Part shown: positions 23,492-32,646 of the stretch, one piece after another
Position numbering within the stretch: position 1 is the stretch's first letter
Layout: each line of letters starts with the position of its first letter
NCBI GenBank assembly: GCA_964544915.1
Contig: CAZJDY010000017.1
Coordinates: 6,906 to 70,905 of the forward strand
Direction of reading: 5' to 3'
Length of the DNA: 64,000 bases
DNA from: an uncultured Methanomassiliicoccaceae archaeon
Lineage (GTDB): Archaea > Thermoplasmatota > Thermoplasmata > Methanomassiliicoccales > JACIVX01
The notes under the pieces: model-generated
The model's database searches: none
What the model was told of the DNA's origin: nothing
The model's input: only the letters and a program-made list of their open reading frames with translations
Translations under genes and position numbers: made by a program

Positions 23492-23768
23492 GTTCCAGAA
23501 TAACCAGTGCGCTGTCTTAAGGTTGCCGAGGTCGAGGTGGAAAAATAGAAATACAGGGGCGAAAAGGCGCCCCCGACACGAACTAGGTCCCCGTTAGGCC
23601 TTCTCCCCCTCATCAGGCATGAGGGCGGAGAAGACGATTCGGTTGCTCTATATAAAAAAGGTCTTTGAGCATGCTACAACAACGTTTAAATACGATGACT
23701 CTCGGCGGAAGGTGAACTCAGTGATGCCGGGATTCCAGAGTTTGACCCGAGGGCCCAATGGATTCCGA

Positions 23769-24572
23769 TCACTGGCACCCAACACCGCCTCGACCAGCAA
23801 GATCGTCGAAAAACGCGAGCTTCAGGAACGAAAGGTCTCTTGCGAGCCGAACCTTCCTCCCGAGAGTGGAGGGGCATTCCGTCACGAATTCAAAATCGTA
23901 GACGACGTCCATCAGGACCAGATTCTCAGCTGGCGCGAGCCCGAATGAGATGTCCCTTCCAGACAGAGCCTCCTTGACTTCGCGGACGGTGACTCTCCCC
24001 CGTCCCACCTCGGACATCGCCGCAACGATCCGTCTCACCATGTTCCAGAGGAACTCCCTCGCCCGGAGGTCCGCGATAATGAAATCCCCCACACGGAAGA
24101 CCTCGACCTTGTCGATGGTCCTGACCGTGCCCCTCTCGTCGCCTTTGCAGAACATGCGGAAATCATGCTTGCCCCCAAACTCCGAGGCGCAGGCCGAGAC
24201 CTTGTTGAAGTCCAGGCCACGAACCGGAAGGAAATAGCGGTACCACCTCTGACGCGCCCTCCTGGGAGAGAACTCCTGGGGAACCTCCGCGATGCCATAT
24301 AAGAAGACGTCCTCAGACACAGCGTTCAATGCGCGGAGCATATCGTTCTTGCGGAAGCTTGTGTCGAAGGCGACCACGTTCCCGAGAGCACTCACGCCGC
24401 TGTCGGTCCTACTCGCTCCCTTGAACCTCGCATCATTCGCGGACCGGATCGCGCCTATCTCCCTAAGCGCCCTGAGGACCTCCCCTTCGACTGTCCTTGC
24501 TTTTGGCTGGCGCTGGAAACCGTTGAAATCATCCCCGTCGTAAGCGAGCTTGACGGCTGCCCTCCAGACCAC
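23769..24572 (-). CDS. truA: tRNA pseudouridine(38-40) synthase TruA
   Basis: GFQRQP, ASRTDSGVSA and FLWNMVRRIV motifs. Confidence 0.95.
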   Translation of the reverse strand: MVWRAAVKLAYDGDDFNGFQRQPKARTVEGEVLRALREIGAIRSANDARFKGASRTDSGVSALGNVVAFDTSFRKNDMLRALNAVSEDVFLYGIAEVPQEFSPRRARQRWYRYFLPVRGLDFNKVSACASEFGGKHDFRMFCKGDERGTVRTIDKVEVFRVGDFIIADLRAREFLWNMVRRIVAAMSEVGRGRVTVREVKEALSGRDISFGLAPAENLVLMDVVYDFEFVTECPSTLGRKVRLARDLSFLKLAFFDDLAGRGGVGCQ

Positions 24573-24619
24573 GACAGCATTAAGTAGAAAACGCCTATTA
24601 AGACTTCCGAGAAATCCAT

Positions 24620-25351
24620 ATGCCCCGGTTCAGAGTCGTCCTGGTCAATCCAAAGAACGACGGGAATATCGGAGCCGTGGCCAGAGTGATGGGGAACTTC
24701 GGATTCGACGAGCTCTTCCTCGTCGGCCCCTGCGAGATCACCGATGAAGCGTTCAAGCGGGCGAAGCACGCCGGGGACGTCCTGAGAAATTCGACAATAA
24801 CCGATTCATTCGAGAGGTCCCTAGAATCGTGCTCGCTCGTCGTAGGCACCACCGGGATCATAACGGACAGCGAGAAGCACTTCATCAGGATACCTTTGAC
24901 CCCAAGAGAATTCGCAGAGAAGGTGAGGAAGAGTGATGGGCTGATAGCCCTCGTGTTCGGGAGGGAGGATATGGGCCTCTCGCAAGAGGAGCTCGCTGGA
25001 TGCGATGCTTTGCTCCACATCCCTGCAAGTGACGACTACCGAGTCCTCAATCTGTCCCACGCCGTCGCGGTCGTCCTGTACGAACTGCACCTGCTTGCGG
25101 CGAGAGGGTTCTCCCCTTCGGAGGCGACAGACGTCGAGAAGGAGAAGCTCTTCGAGTTCTTCTCCGACCTGCTGGAGGCGATCGGGTATCCGGAGTTCCG
25201 AAGGGAGAAGACCGAGATCATGTTCCGAAGGATGATGGGCAGGGCAGTCCCGACGAAATGGGAGTTCTACACGATTATGGGCGTGATCGGAGACGCGGTC
25301 AAGAAGATAGAACGCTCAGAGAAGCAGAAGAACCATGAAGATACGGACTGA
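24620..25351 (+). CDS. trmJ: SPOUT tRNA methyltransferase, TrmJ/TrmH family
   Basis: NIGAVARVMGNFG, FGREDMGL and LNLSHAV motifs. Confidence 0.85.
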   Translation: MPRFRVVLVNPKNDGNIGAVARVMGNFGFDELFLVGPCEITDEAFKRAKHAGDVLRNSTITDSFERSLESCSLVVGTTGIITDSEKHFIRIPLTPREFAEKVRKSDGLIALVFGREDMGLSQEELAGCDALLHIPASDDYRVLNLSHAVAVVLYELHLLAARGFSPSEATDVEKEKLFEFFSDLLEAIGYPEFRREKTEIMFRRMMGRAVPTKWEFYTIMGVIGDAVKKIERSEKQKNHEDTD

Positions 25352-25365
25352 GTCACTCGACGGTC

Positions 25366-26421
25366 TCAGCGAGTGTATGTCACCGCTACTTCCTCGATTT
25401 CGTCCTGCATGTCATCGGCTACATCGATTTCCTCAACGTCGTCATTGACCGTGCTGATGCCGGTCAGTACCGCCATGACCCTGATCAAGCCCTCGCAATC
25501 GTCGTCGATCCTTGCTCCGAATATGACATTCGCGTCTGGATCGAGGGATTCGGTCATGCCTTCGACGACCTTCGTCGCCTTTTTCAGCGTGAGGTTCCTT
25601 CCGCCGGTCACGTGGATCAATGCACCGGTGGCGCCCTTGTAGTCGACGTCCAGCAACGGGTTGTCCAGAGTGTCCCGGACGACGCTCTCTGGATCCGAGT
25701 TCTCACCGTAAAGCACGGTGGATATCCCACCGTGACTCATGATCGTCTTCAAATCCGCGAAATCGAGATTGATGAGCGAAGGCTCGGTTATCGCCTCAAT
25801 CAGTCCCTTGACGACTTCGGATATCAGTTGATCCATCACTCCGAAGGCTTGCTCTATCGGCAAGTTCGGGACCATGTCCAGCAAACGGTTGTTGTCTAGC
25901 AGCATGAGAGTGTCCGAGACCGACTCCAATCGGCGGATCCCTCTCGCGGCATGCTCCTTCCTGGCCTTCTCGAAATCGAACGGGGTCGTGGCGATGGATA
26001 TTACTACAGAGCCGTAACGTCTCGCCGTCTCGGCGACGACCGGCGCCGTGCCAGTGCCGGTTCCTCCGCCCATCCCGACCAAAACGAAAGTCAAGGCTGT
26101 CCCATGAATTATCGCGTTTAACGGCTCCCAAGCGTTCTCGGCGCACACCCTGCCCAGGTCCGGGTCCCCTCCGGCCCCGAATCCTCTGGTGACGCCGGCC
26201 CCAATGAGGAGCCTCTTGTTCGCTTTTATGTTGGTCAGGTGCCTTCGGTCTGTGTTGATGGCGACGGTCTCGGCGCCTCTGAGGCCGAGACTGCTCAGTC
26301 GGTTGATGCTGTTGCAGCCGCCTCCGCCACATCCTATTACAAGGATCTTCAGCTGCTGGGCTTCCTGTTCGAGGTCGTCGTCCTCGATGTACTCCGATCC
26401 CACCTTCACACCCCGGCCCAT
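25366..26421 (-). CDS. ftsZ: Cell division protein FtsZ (FtsZ2-type context)
   Basis: GCGGGGCN, GGGTGTG and NLDFAD motifs; lies downstream of an RHH gene like archaeal cdrS-ftsZ2. Confidence 0.95.
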   Translation of the reverse strand: MGRGVKVGSEYIEDDDLEQEAQQLKILVIGCGGGGCNSINRLSSLGLRGAETVAINTDRRHLTNIKANKRLLIGAGVTRGFGAGGDPDLGRVCAENAWEPLNAIIHGTALTFVLVGMGGGTGTGTAPVVAETARRYGSVVISIATTPFDFEKARKEHAARGIRRLESVSDTLMLLDNNRLLDMVPNLPIEQAFGVMDQLISEVVKGLIEAITEPSLINLDFADLKTIMSHGGISTVLYGENSDPESVVRDTLDNPLLDVDYKGATGALIHVTGGRNLTLKKATKVVEGMTESLDPDANVIFGARIDDDCEGLIRVMAVLTGISTVNDDVEEIDVADDMQDEIEEVAVTYTR

Positions 26422-26436
26422 CCCAACCGGATTAGG

Positions 26437-26748
26437 TCACTGCATCTCATTCATGGCCTTCGAAATCCTTCTCCGAACATATTCCCGAACCGCATTCCTA
26501 ATCGCGTCGTCGATCGACACCGAGTCTCCGTCCTTGACCAACGCTTCCAGCTCCACGACGTTTCCTTTCGGAAGCTCGATCGTCACCCTTTCTATGTACT
26601 CAGGAGTGAAATGCTTCTCGACGAAGGTGTCTATGGCGGTACGTATTGCGTCGGATATCGTCGGGAAAGTCCCGTTATCCACTAGTGCCTGCAGCGCCTT
26701 GACTTTCTCAGCAGGAATCCTTACCGTAATCCGCTCGGTACCATTCAT
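26437..26748 (-). CDS. Tandem ribbon-helix-helix (CopG/CdrS-like) regulator, 103 aa
   Basis: Two internal repeats, ERITVRIP...SDAIRTAI and ERVTIELP...DDAIRNAV; start moved to MNGTER. Confidence 0.85.
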   Translation of the reverse strand: MNGTERITVRIPAEKVKALQALVDNGTFPTISDAIRTAIDTFVEKHFTPEYIERVTIELPKGNVVELEALVKDGDSVSIDDAIRNAVREYVRRRISKAMNEMQ

Positions 26749-26770
26749 GGCACAGACTCTTTTGCCCTTA

Positions 26771-26805
26771 TTCGTCCGACAATTTGGGCTATATCGTCGG
26801 ACAAA
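26771..26805. promoter_or_regulatory. Inverted repeat GTCCGAC-N15-GTCGGAC, candidate operator of the RHH-ftsZ operon
   Basis: Perfect 7-bp arms (26774-26780 and 26796-26802), 10/12 matches when extended. Lies between the TATA box (TTTAAATA, 26833-26826, minus strand) and the RHH start codon. Confidence 0.5.
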
Positions 26806-27074
26806 TGTCATTATGCTAATTAGAGTATTTAAAGATTAGCGGAGGCCATCATGGAGATATCGTCTCCTACAATGCGAACGATTCGACGGCGAAGACACTT
26901 ATGACGACGGAGACCGTTGTCCACGGATCATGAATGACCAGTCGAAGATGTCTCCAATCGGAATCACCTTGAGGACGTTTGTTTCCGATCATCAACCCAG
27001 TTCTTATCCAGTCTAAACGGCACTATAAGAACCTATATAAAGGGGTATTTAAATAACCGGGCTCAGGTGACCCA

Positions 27075-27623
27075 ATGGCCAAGATAAAGATCGAGAATGT
27101 TGTGGCTTCTACATCACTGGGCGAAGAGCTAGATCTCCAATCCATCGCGCTCGCACTTGACGGCGCTGAATACGAACCAGAGCAGTTCCCGGGTCTGATA
27201 TACAGATTGAAGGACCCCAAGACTGCGACATTGCTTTTCAGGAGCGGGAAGGTCGTGTGCACAGGCGCAAAGAGCCTGGAGCACGTCAAGGTGGCAATCA
27301 ACAAGGTCGCGAAGCAGATCGAGCGCGCGGGCATCAAGATCAAGATGGAACCGAAAATCGAGGTCCAGAACATCGTCGCTTCCTCCGACCTCGGCGCCGA
27401 GATCAACCTCAACGCCATCGCGATCTCGCTTGGCCTCGAGAAGGTCGAGTACGAGCCCGAGCAGTTCCCCGGTCTAGTCTACAGAATCGACGAGCCGAAA
27501 GTGGTCGTTCTTCTGTTCGGTTCCGGCAAGCTCGTATGCACAGGCGCGAGAAAACCCCAGGACGTCGAGGCCGCGGTGACCAAGATAACCGAGGAGCTCA
27601 AGGCGGCCGGGCTGCTGCACTGA
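27075..27623 (+). CDS. tbp: TATA-box binding protein
   Basis: Two direct repeats with YEPEQFPGL and FxSGKxVCTGA. Confidence 0.98.
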   Translation: MAKIKIENVVASTSLGEELDLQSIALALDGAEYEPEQFPGLIYRLKDPKTATLLFRSGKVVCTGAKSLEHVKVAINKVAKQIERAGIKIKMEPKIEVQNIVASSDLGAEINLNAIAISLGLEKVEYEPEQFPGLVYRIDEPKVVVLLFGSGKLVCTGARKPQDVEAAVTKITEELKAAGLLH

Positions 27624-27626
27624 ACC

Positions 27627-28466
27627 ATGAGATTCCCCGTACTGGACAACCACATCCACCTTCAGCCTTCAGGCAAGAACATCGAAGCGTTGAGAGAATT
27701 CTCGAATGCTGGGGGAACGCACGTCGTTCTCTCGCATCTCCCGTATGACGAAATCCAGATCAAGGAAGAGAAGGACTTCAGGGCATCGTATCAGATCACG
27801 CTTGACATCGCTGAGAGGGCGAGGAAGGAAACGGATGTGGGCGTCTTCGTATCCGTCGGTCCCTATCCAGTTCTGCTGATAGACCTAGCAGAGAAGCACG
27901 GGCTGTCGAAGGCGACAGATATTATGAAGGCGGGAATGGACACAGCTGGAAAGCTTGTTGAAGAGGGGAAAGCCATCGCGATAGGCGAGATCGGACGGCC
28001 CCATTTCCCTGTCTCGCCGGAGATACTCCAAGCCTCTAACGATATCATGCGTTACGGTATGGAGGTCGCATCGGAAGTCGGATGCGCGGTCGTGTTGCAC
28101 ACTGAGAGCGCCACACCAGAGGCGATGAAGGAAATAGCTAGAATCGCAGACGTCGCAGGATTGGAGAGAGGAAAGGTGGTGAAGCACTACTGCCCTCCGC
28201 TGATTCTGGAAGAGGAGAATCACGGTCTCTTCCCTTCCGTGCTCGCAAGCAGGACTGCGATCACGGAGGCTCTGCAAAAGGGTACGAGGTTCATGATGGA
28301 GACGGACTACCTAGACGATCTCTCGCGACCCGGCGCCGTCATGTCGATCACGACTGTGCCTAAGAGAACAAAGTCCCTGATGAATTCCAAATCGGTTTCG
28401 GAGGAAACGATACTGAGGATTCACAAAGACAATCCTCAGAAGGTGTACGGAATCGAAATCAATTGA
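27627..28466 (+). CDS. TatD/amidohydrolase-superfamily metal-dependent hydrolase
   Basis: DNHIH, IGEIGRPH and METDYLDD motifs. Confidence 0.85.
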   Translation: MRFPVLDNHIHLQPSGKNIEALREFSNAGGTHVVLSHLPYDEIQIKEEKDFRASYQITLDIAERARKETDVGVFVSVGPYPVLLIDLAEKHGLSKATDIMKAGMDTAGKLVEEGKAIAIGEIGRPHFPVSPEILQASNDIMRYGMEVASEVGCAVVLHTESATPEAMKEIARIADVAGLERGKVVKHYCPPLILEEENHGLFPSVLASRTAITEALQKGTRFMMETDYLDDLSRPGAVMSITTVPKRTKSLMNSKSVSEETILRIHKDNPQKVYGIEIN

Positions 28467-28484
28467 ACGCTGGATTGCTGTTGT

Positions 28485-28778
28485 CTAATCGGAATATCGT
28501 ATATCAAAGCAGTCGAACTCGCCCTTGCATTCGAACCAGTTAATCTCGACGCTATCGACCCTCGCAGCAGGGTGCTCGGTCCTCAGCTTTCTCAAGACCT
28601 TCTCGATGTCCTCTCTCTCCCCTTCGAAGACCACCCGTACCGAGCCATCGTCCATGTTCATCACCCAGCCAAAGAGCCCGACCTCTTCGGCGAAGCGCCT
28701 GGTGTAGTCCCTGAAGTACACGCCCTGAACCCTCCCAGTGAACCTCGCTTCCGCCCTGGCCCTCATCAGACCGTGCAT
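28485..28778 (-). CDS. acyP: Acylphosphatase
   Basis: GRVQGVYFR and GWVMN..DGSV motifs. Confidence 0.93.
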   Translation of the reverse strand: MHGLMRARAEARFTGRVQGVYFRDYTRRFAEEVGLFGWVMNMDDGSVRVVFEGEREDIEKVLRKLRTEHPAARVDSVEINWFECKGEFDCFDIRYSD

Positions 28779-28968
28779 CGTTCTCCTGTAGAAAAGGACT
28801 TCGCATTATCGAGGGGGGACGGAGACCCCCTTCCCGAGCGGCAGAAGCGCCTGCCTCCCAGCCGCGCGGAATCGGTAAACCTTATATGCTTGAATGCGAC
28901 ATAATAACTCTCCGGGATGCACGTTTCTGGGATGGGAGCGGGCATTGGGTCAAGGATGGTGAAGTAGG

Positions 28969-30084
28969 ATGAAATCTTCATTGGCAGAGTCCCTCACTAA
29001 AGGTATCAGTGGGGGGACTGGGGCATCGGGGATCGAGGCCTCGGACGAGATCGCATCGGACGCGGAATTGATCGATATCCTGCAAAAGCTGAGGACAAAC
29101 ATCACAATCGTGGGAATCGGCGGCGGCGGATGCAATACGATCGCCAGAATATGCGAGGAGGGCATCACAGGCGTCAATCTCTACGCGGCGAACACCGATG
29201 CGCAGCACCTTCTCACGCTCAAAGCACCGAACAAGATACTACTTGGTCGGCGGAGCACGAGAGGTCTCGGTGCCGGCGCGCTTCCGCAGGTTGGAGAGGA
29301 GGCAGCGCACGAAGCCGAGGAGGAACTGAGGAAGGCGCTCACTGGCGCGAACATGGTGTTCGTCGTCACGGGCATGGGCGGCGGAACGGGTACCGGAGGA
29401 GCTGCCGTAGTCGCCGAGATCGCAAAGGAGGTCGGAGCACTGACAGTCGCAATCACTACGATCCCGTTCAGAGGCGAAGGACGTCTGAGAATGGAGAACG
29501 CCGAGTGGGGCCTGGAACGATTGAGAAATGTTGCCGACACTGTAGTAGTGATCCCGAACGACAAGCTCCTGCAGCTCGTGCCGAGGCTTTCACTCAACTC
29601 CGCATTCAAAGTGGCGGACGAAGTGCTTATGAGGGCGATCAAGGGGATAACCGAACTGATCACAAAACCCGGCCTCGTCAACCTGGACTTCAACGATGTG
29701 AAGACAATCATGAAAGGGGCAGGAGTGGCGATGATTGGGCTCGGGGAATCCTCTGGTCACGTTGACGAGCGTGCGGAGGAGGCGTTGGAACAAGCGCTGA
29801 ACTCGCCGCTGCTCGAGGTCGACATAAGCAACGCGACGGGCGTGCTGATAAACGTCGTTGGCGGACCGGACATGACGATCTCCGAGGCGGAGAAGGTGGC
29901 CGAGGAGGTCCAGAAGAAGGTCAGCGCCAACGCGAGGATCCTGTGGGGAGCCGCGATAGATCCGGCACTCGAGCACAAGATGAGAGTGCTCCTAGTAATG
30001 ACCGGCGTCCAGTCGAAGCAGATCCTTGGAAGGGCCGAGGATTACACTCGCGTGAAAGGCGCGGACATCGACCTGATAAGATAG
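28969..30084 (+). CDS. ftsZ: Cell division protein FtsZ (FtsZ1-type, copy a)
   Basis: GGGGCN, NTDAQHL, GGGTGTG and NLDFND motifs. Confidence 0.96.
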   Translation: MKSSLAESLTKGISGGTGASGIEASDEIASDAELIDILQKLRTNITIVGIGGGGCNTIARICEEGITGVNLYAANTDAQHLLTLKAPNKILLGRRSTRGLGAGALPQVGEEAAHEAEEELRKALTGANMVFVVTGMGGGTGTGGAAVVAEIAKEVGALTVAITTIPFRGEGRLRMENAEWGLERLRNVADTVVVIPNDKLLQLVPRLSLNSAFKVADEVLMRAIKGITELITKPGLVNLDFNDVKTIMKGAGVAMIGLGESSGHVDERAEEALEQALNSPLLEVDISNATGVLINVVGGPDMTISEAEKVAEEVQKKVSANARILWGAAIDPALEHKMRVLLVMTGVQSKQILGRAEDYTRVKGADIDLIR

Positions 30085-30344
30085 AGATGCAACGCGGCGA
30101 GCGCATTCCACAGGACGGACTAGCCTTCCCCTTGACCCGCCCCCGAGAATCCTGTCCCGACGCTCCCGGCGTCCATCGCGACTGTGACGCGGACGCCGAG
30201 CACATCGACGTTTCGCCATTCCAGACGTGATTTATCGATGCTGATTCACCGAAACATATTAAAACACAAATGCACGTAAGGCTGTAAACAGAGTGAATCG
30301 ATTCAGTGTTAACTCGCTGAATGACGCTCCAGGGAGGCCTTGTC

Positions 30345-31463
30345 GTGAAATCGTTCATCAGTGACGCATTGTCTCGTGCGGGAACAAATGCCGCGGAAAT
30401 GACGCCTGCGGCGATGACACCACCGTTCAGGGGATACTCTGCCGAGGACGAAGAGCTAGAGAAGATACTCGCCAGTCTGAAAACCAACATCAAGATCATC
30501 GGCTGCGGCGGCGGAGGATCGAACACGATCGACCGCCTTGTCGAGTCCGGCATCATAGGCGCGGACCTGTACGCCACGAACACCGACGCTCAGCACCTCT
30601 TAGTGGTAAGGGCGCCGCACAAGATACTTCTCGGAAGGCGGAGCACGAGAGGGCTCGGAGCTGGATCGCTACCGCAGGTCGGAGAGGAAGCTGCACGCGA
30701 GGCCGAAGAGGAAATCAGGAAGATGCTGACTGGAGCGGACATCGTTTTCATAACTGCCGGGCTCGGAGGCGGGACCGGGACAGGCTCTGCACCGTTCATC
30801 GCTCAAATGGCCAAGGATGCCGGGGCGCTGACCGTCGCGATTTGCACTTCGCCGTTCAAAGCGGAGGGCGCGATCAGGATGGATAATGCGGAGTGGGGTC
30901 TGGAGCGTCTGAGAAACGTTGCTGATACTGTGATAGTCATTCCGAACGACAAACTGCTGGAGCTTGTTCCGAGATTGTCCCTGAATGCCGCGTTCAAAGT
31001 GGCGGACGAAGTCCTGATGCGGGCGATAAAGGGCATCACAGAACTGATCACAAAACCTGGGCTGGTCAACCTCGACTTCAACGACCTCAGAACGATCATG
31101 AAGGGCGGAGGTGTCGCGATGATCGGACTGGGTGAAGGCGAGGACGACGACCGCATAGACCAGGCTGTGGATCAAGCGATCAACTCACCATTGATAGATG
31201 TCGACATCAGCGGGGCATCCGGGGCATTGGTCAACGTGACCGGCGGGGATAACATGACCGTCACGGAGGCGGAGAAGGTCGCGGAGATCATCCAGTCGAG
31301 GGTCAGCCCGAACGCAAGGATAATCTGGGGTGCGGCCATAGACCCGACCCTCAATGACAAGGTCAGGGTGATGGTCGTCATTACTGGCGTAAAGTCGAAG
31401 TACATCCTTGGTCCGAAGGAAACTCAGACCGCGAAGACCATGGACGTCGATTTTATAAGGTAG
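30345..31463 (+). CDS. ftsZ: Cell division protein FtsZ (FtsZ1-type, copy b)
   Basis: Same motifs as copy a; GTG start with a GGAGG RBS; immediately upstream of secE-spt5. Confidence 0.96.
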   Translation: MKSFISDALSRAGTNAAEMTPAAMTPPFRGYSAEDEELEKILASLKTNIKIIGCGGGGSNTIDRLVESGIIGADLYATNTDAQHLLVVRAPHKILLGRRSTRGLGAGSLPQVGEEAAREAEEEIRKMLTGADIVFITAGLGGGTGTGSAPFIAQMAKDAGALTVAICTSPFKAEGAIRMDNAEWGLERLRNVADTVIVIPNDKLLELVPRLSLNAAFKVADEVLMRAIKGITELITKPGLVNLDFNDLRTIMKGGGVAMIGLGEGEDDDRIDQAVDQAINSPLIDVDISGASGALVNVTGGDNMTVTEAEKVAEIIQSRVSPNARIIWGAAIDPTLNDKVRVMVVITGVKSKYILGPKETQTAKTMDVDFIR

Positions 31464-31509
31464 AGGTGCTTCACCCCCTCACACTAAGCTGCAACAAGAG
31501 TGCATTAAA

Positions 31510-31734
31510 ATGGACGTAGTTGAGAAATCCTGGGAAGTCCAGAAGGACATAGAGGAGCGAGTCAAGCACGTCGGCAAGGGCAAGTACGGCAGGGTGCTGA
31601 AGATGGCCCGCAAGCCGAACAACGAGGAGTACGTCCGGACGATCGAGATTACTGGCCTCGGTCTAATCCTCATCGGGGGACTCGGCTTCCTGATCTACTG
31701 GCTCATGGTTTATCTGCCGGGTTTCTTCAGCTGA
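31510..31734 (+). CDS. secE: Protein translocase SecE/Sec61-gamma
   Basis: RVLKMARKP..EEY followed by a TM helix; canonical gene order. Confidence 0.92.
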   Translation: MDVVEKSWEVQKDIEERVKHVGKGKYGRVLKMARKPNNEEYVRTIEITGLGLILIGGLGFLIYWLMVYLPGFFS

Positions 31735-31742
31735 AGGAGAGG

Positions 31743-32642
31743 TTGCATTTGGAACTGTCTGGAACTAATGAAGGCAATAAAGAGCCCGCCCAGCCTCAAA
31801 CGACTGTGAGCGGCAGACTCACTTTCCAAGGTGAGAGCACCGAAAGGAAGCTCCCGGCCGGCGGGAAGACGAGTTGGAAGATCCAGCTGACGCCTAACGA
31901 GAGCGGGAAGAAGAAGGTCAAGATCAATATCGAGGTAGCCGTGCAGGGCGAGGTCGAAGAAGCCCCGGAGTGGGGCGTGACGCTGAGGGATGCTCGTTCG
32001 GTGCTATGGGATAGCGCGTCCCAGCTCCCGCCCGAGGTGGAGATCACGCTCGAAGGGGGGAAGGCAAAGGAGTTCATGCTCGGTCTCGAGGCGCCAAAGG
32101 GAGCACGCTTCGGGGACCAGGTCAAGGTCGCTCTGCAAGCATCCTATGGAGATTCTCCGACTGAGGTCGCGCGGATCGAGTTCTCGGCCGCGGCGAGGCA
32201 GTCAATCCTCGCTTTGAAGACGTCGATAGGCCACGAGAGGAACGTCGCGGACAGCGTCGCCAGTAAGGCGAAGTCCGGTAAGGCAGGAATATTCACAATC
32301 CTTGCGCCGACATCATTGCGCGGTTACGTTCTGATCGAGGGCATGAACACGGACGTCCTGCGAGAGAACGTCAGAGGGATAAGGAGGACGAGGGGGCTCG
32401 TCGACGGCGAGACGAGCTTTGATGAGATAAACCACTTCCTCACGCCGAAGCCATTGGTCTCGGGAATCATGGAGGGCGATGTCGTCGAGCTTATCGCCGG
32501 GCCGTTCAAGGGAGAGAAGGCCAGGGTGCAAAAGATCGACGAGAGCAAGGAAGAGATCACTGTCGAGCTGTTCGAGGCCATGGTCCCAATCCCCGTTACG
32601 ATCAGGGGCGACCACGTGAGGGTCCTCGAGAAAGAAAGGTGA
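31743..32642 (+). CDS. spt5: Transcription elongation factor Spt5 with ~150-aa N-terminal extension
   Basis: NGN domain (GHERNVA, GYVLIE) and KOW (GDVVELIAGPFKGEKARV) occupy only the C-terminal half. Confidence 0.92.
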   Translation: MHLELSGTNEGNKEPAQPQTTVSGRLTFQGESTERKLPAGGKTSWKIQLTPNESGKKKVKINIEVAVQGEVEEAPEWGVTLRDARSVLWDSASQLPPEVEITLEGGKAKEFMLGLEAPKGARFGDQVKVALQASYGDSPTEVARIEFSAAARQSILALKTSIGHERNVADSVASKAKSGKAGIFTILAPTSLRGYVLIEGMNTDVLRENVRGIRRTRGLVDGETSFDEINHFLTPKPLVSGIMEGDVVELIAGPFKGEKARVQKIDESKEEITVELFEAMVPIPVTIRGDHVRVLEKER

Positions 32643-32646
32643 TTGA

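Noticed and set aside
23605-23620. CTGATGA resembling a hammerhead core or C box (also at about 17363)
   Set aside because: No downstream stem II/GAAA for a hammerhead and no properly spaced D boxes for a C/D guide.
23685-23760. Possible C/D-box sRNA (GATGA...GTGA...GTGATG...TTGA), with CCGGGATTC complementary to the tRNA-Gly T-arm
   Set aside because: All boxes are degenerate and the complementarity is only 9 nt against a common tRNA motif; not supportable.
26860-26985. 41-aa minus-strand ORF upstream of the RHH gene, as a possible cdrL analogue
   Set aside because: No Zn-ribbon cysteines, no RBS and no coding-like composition.
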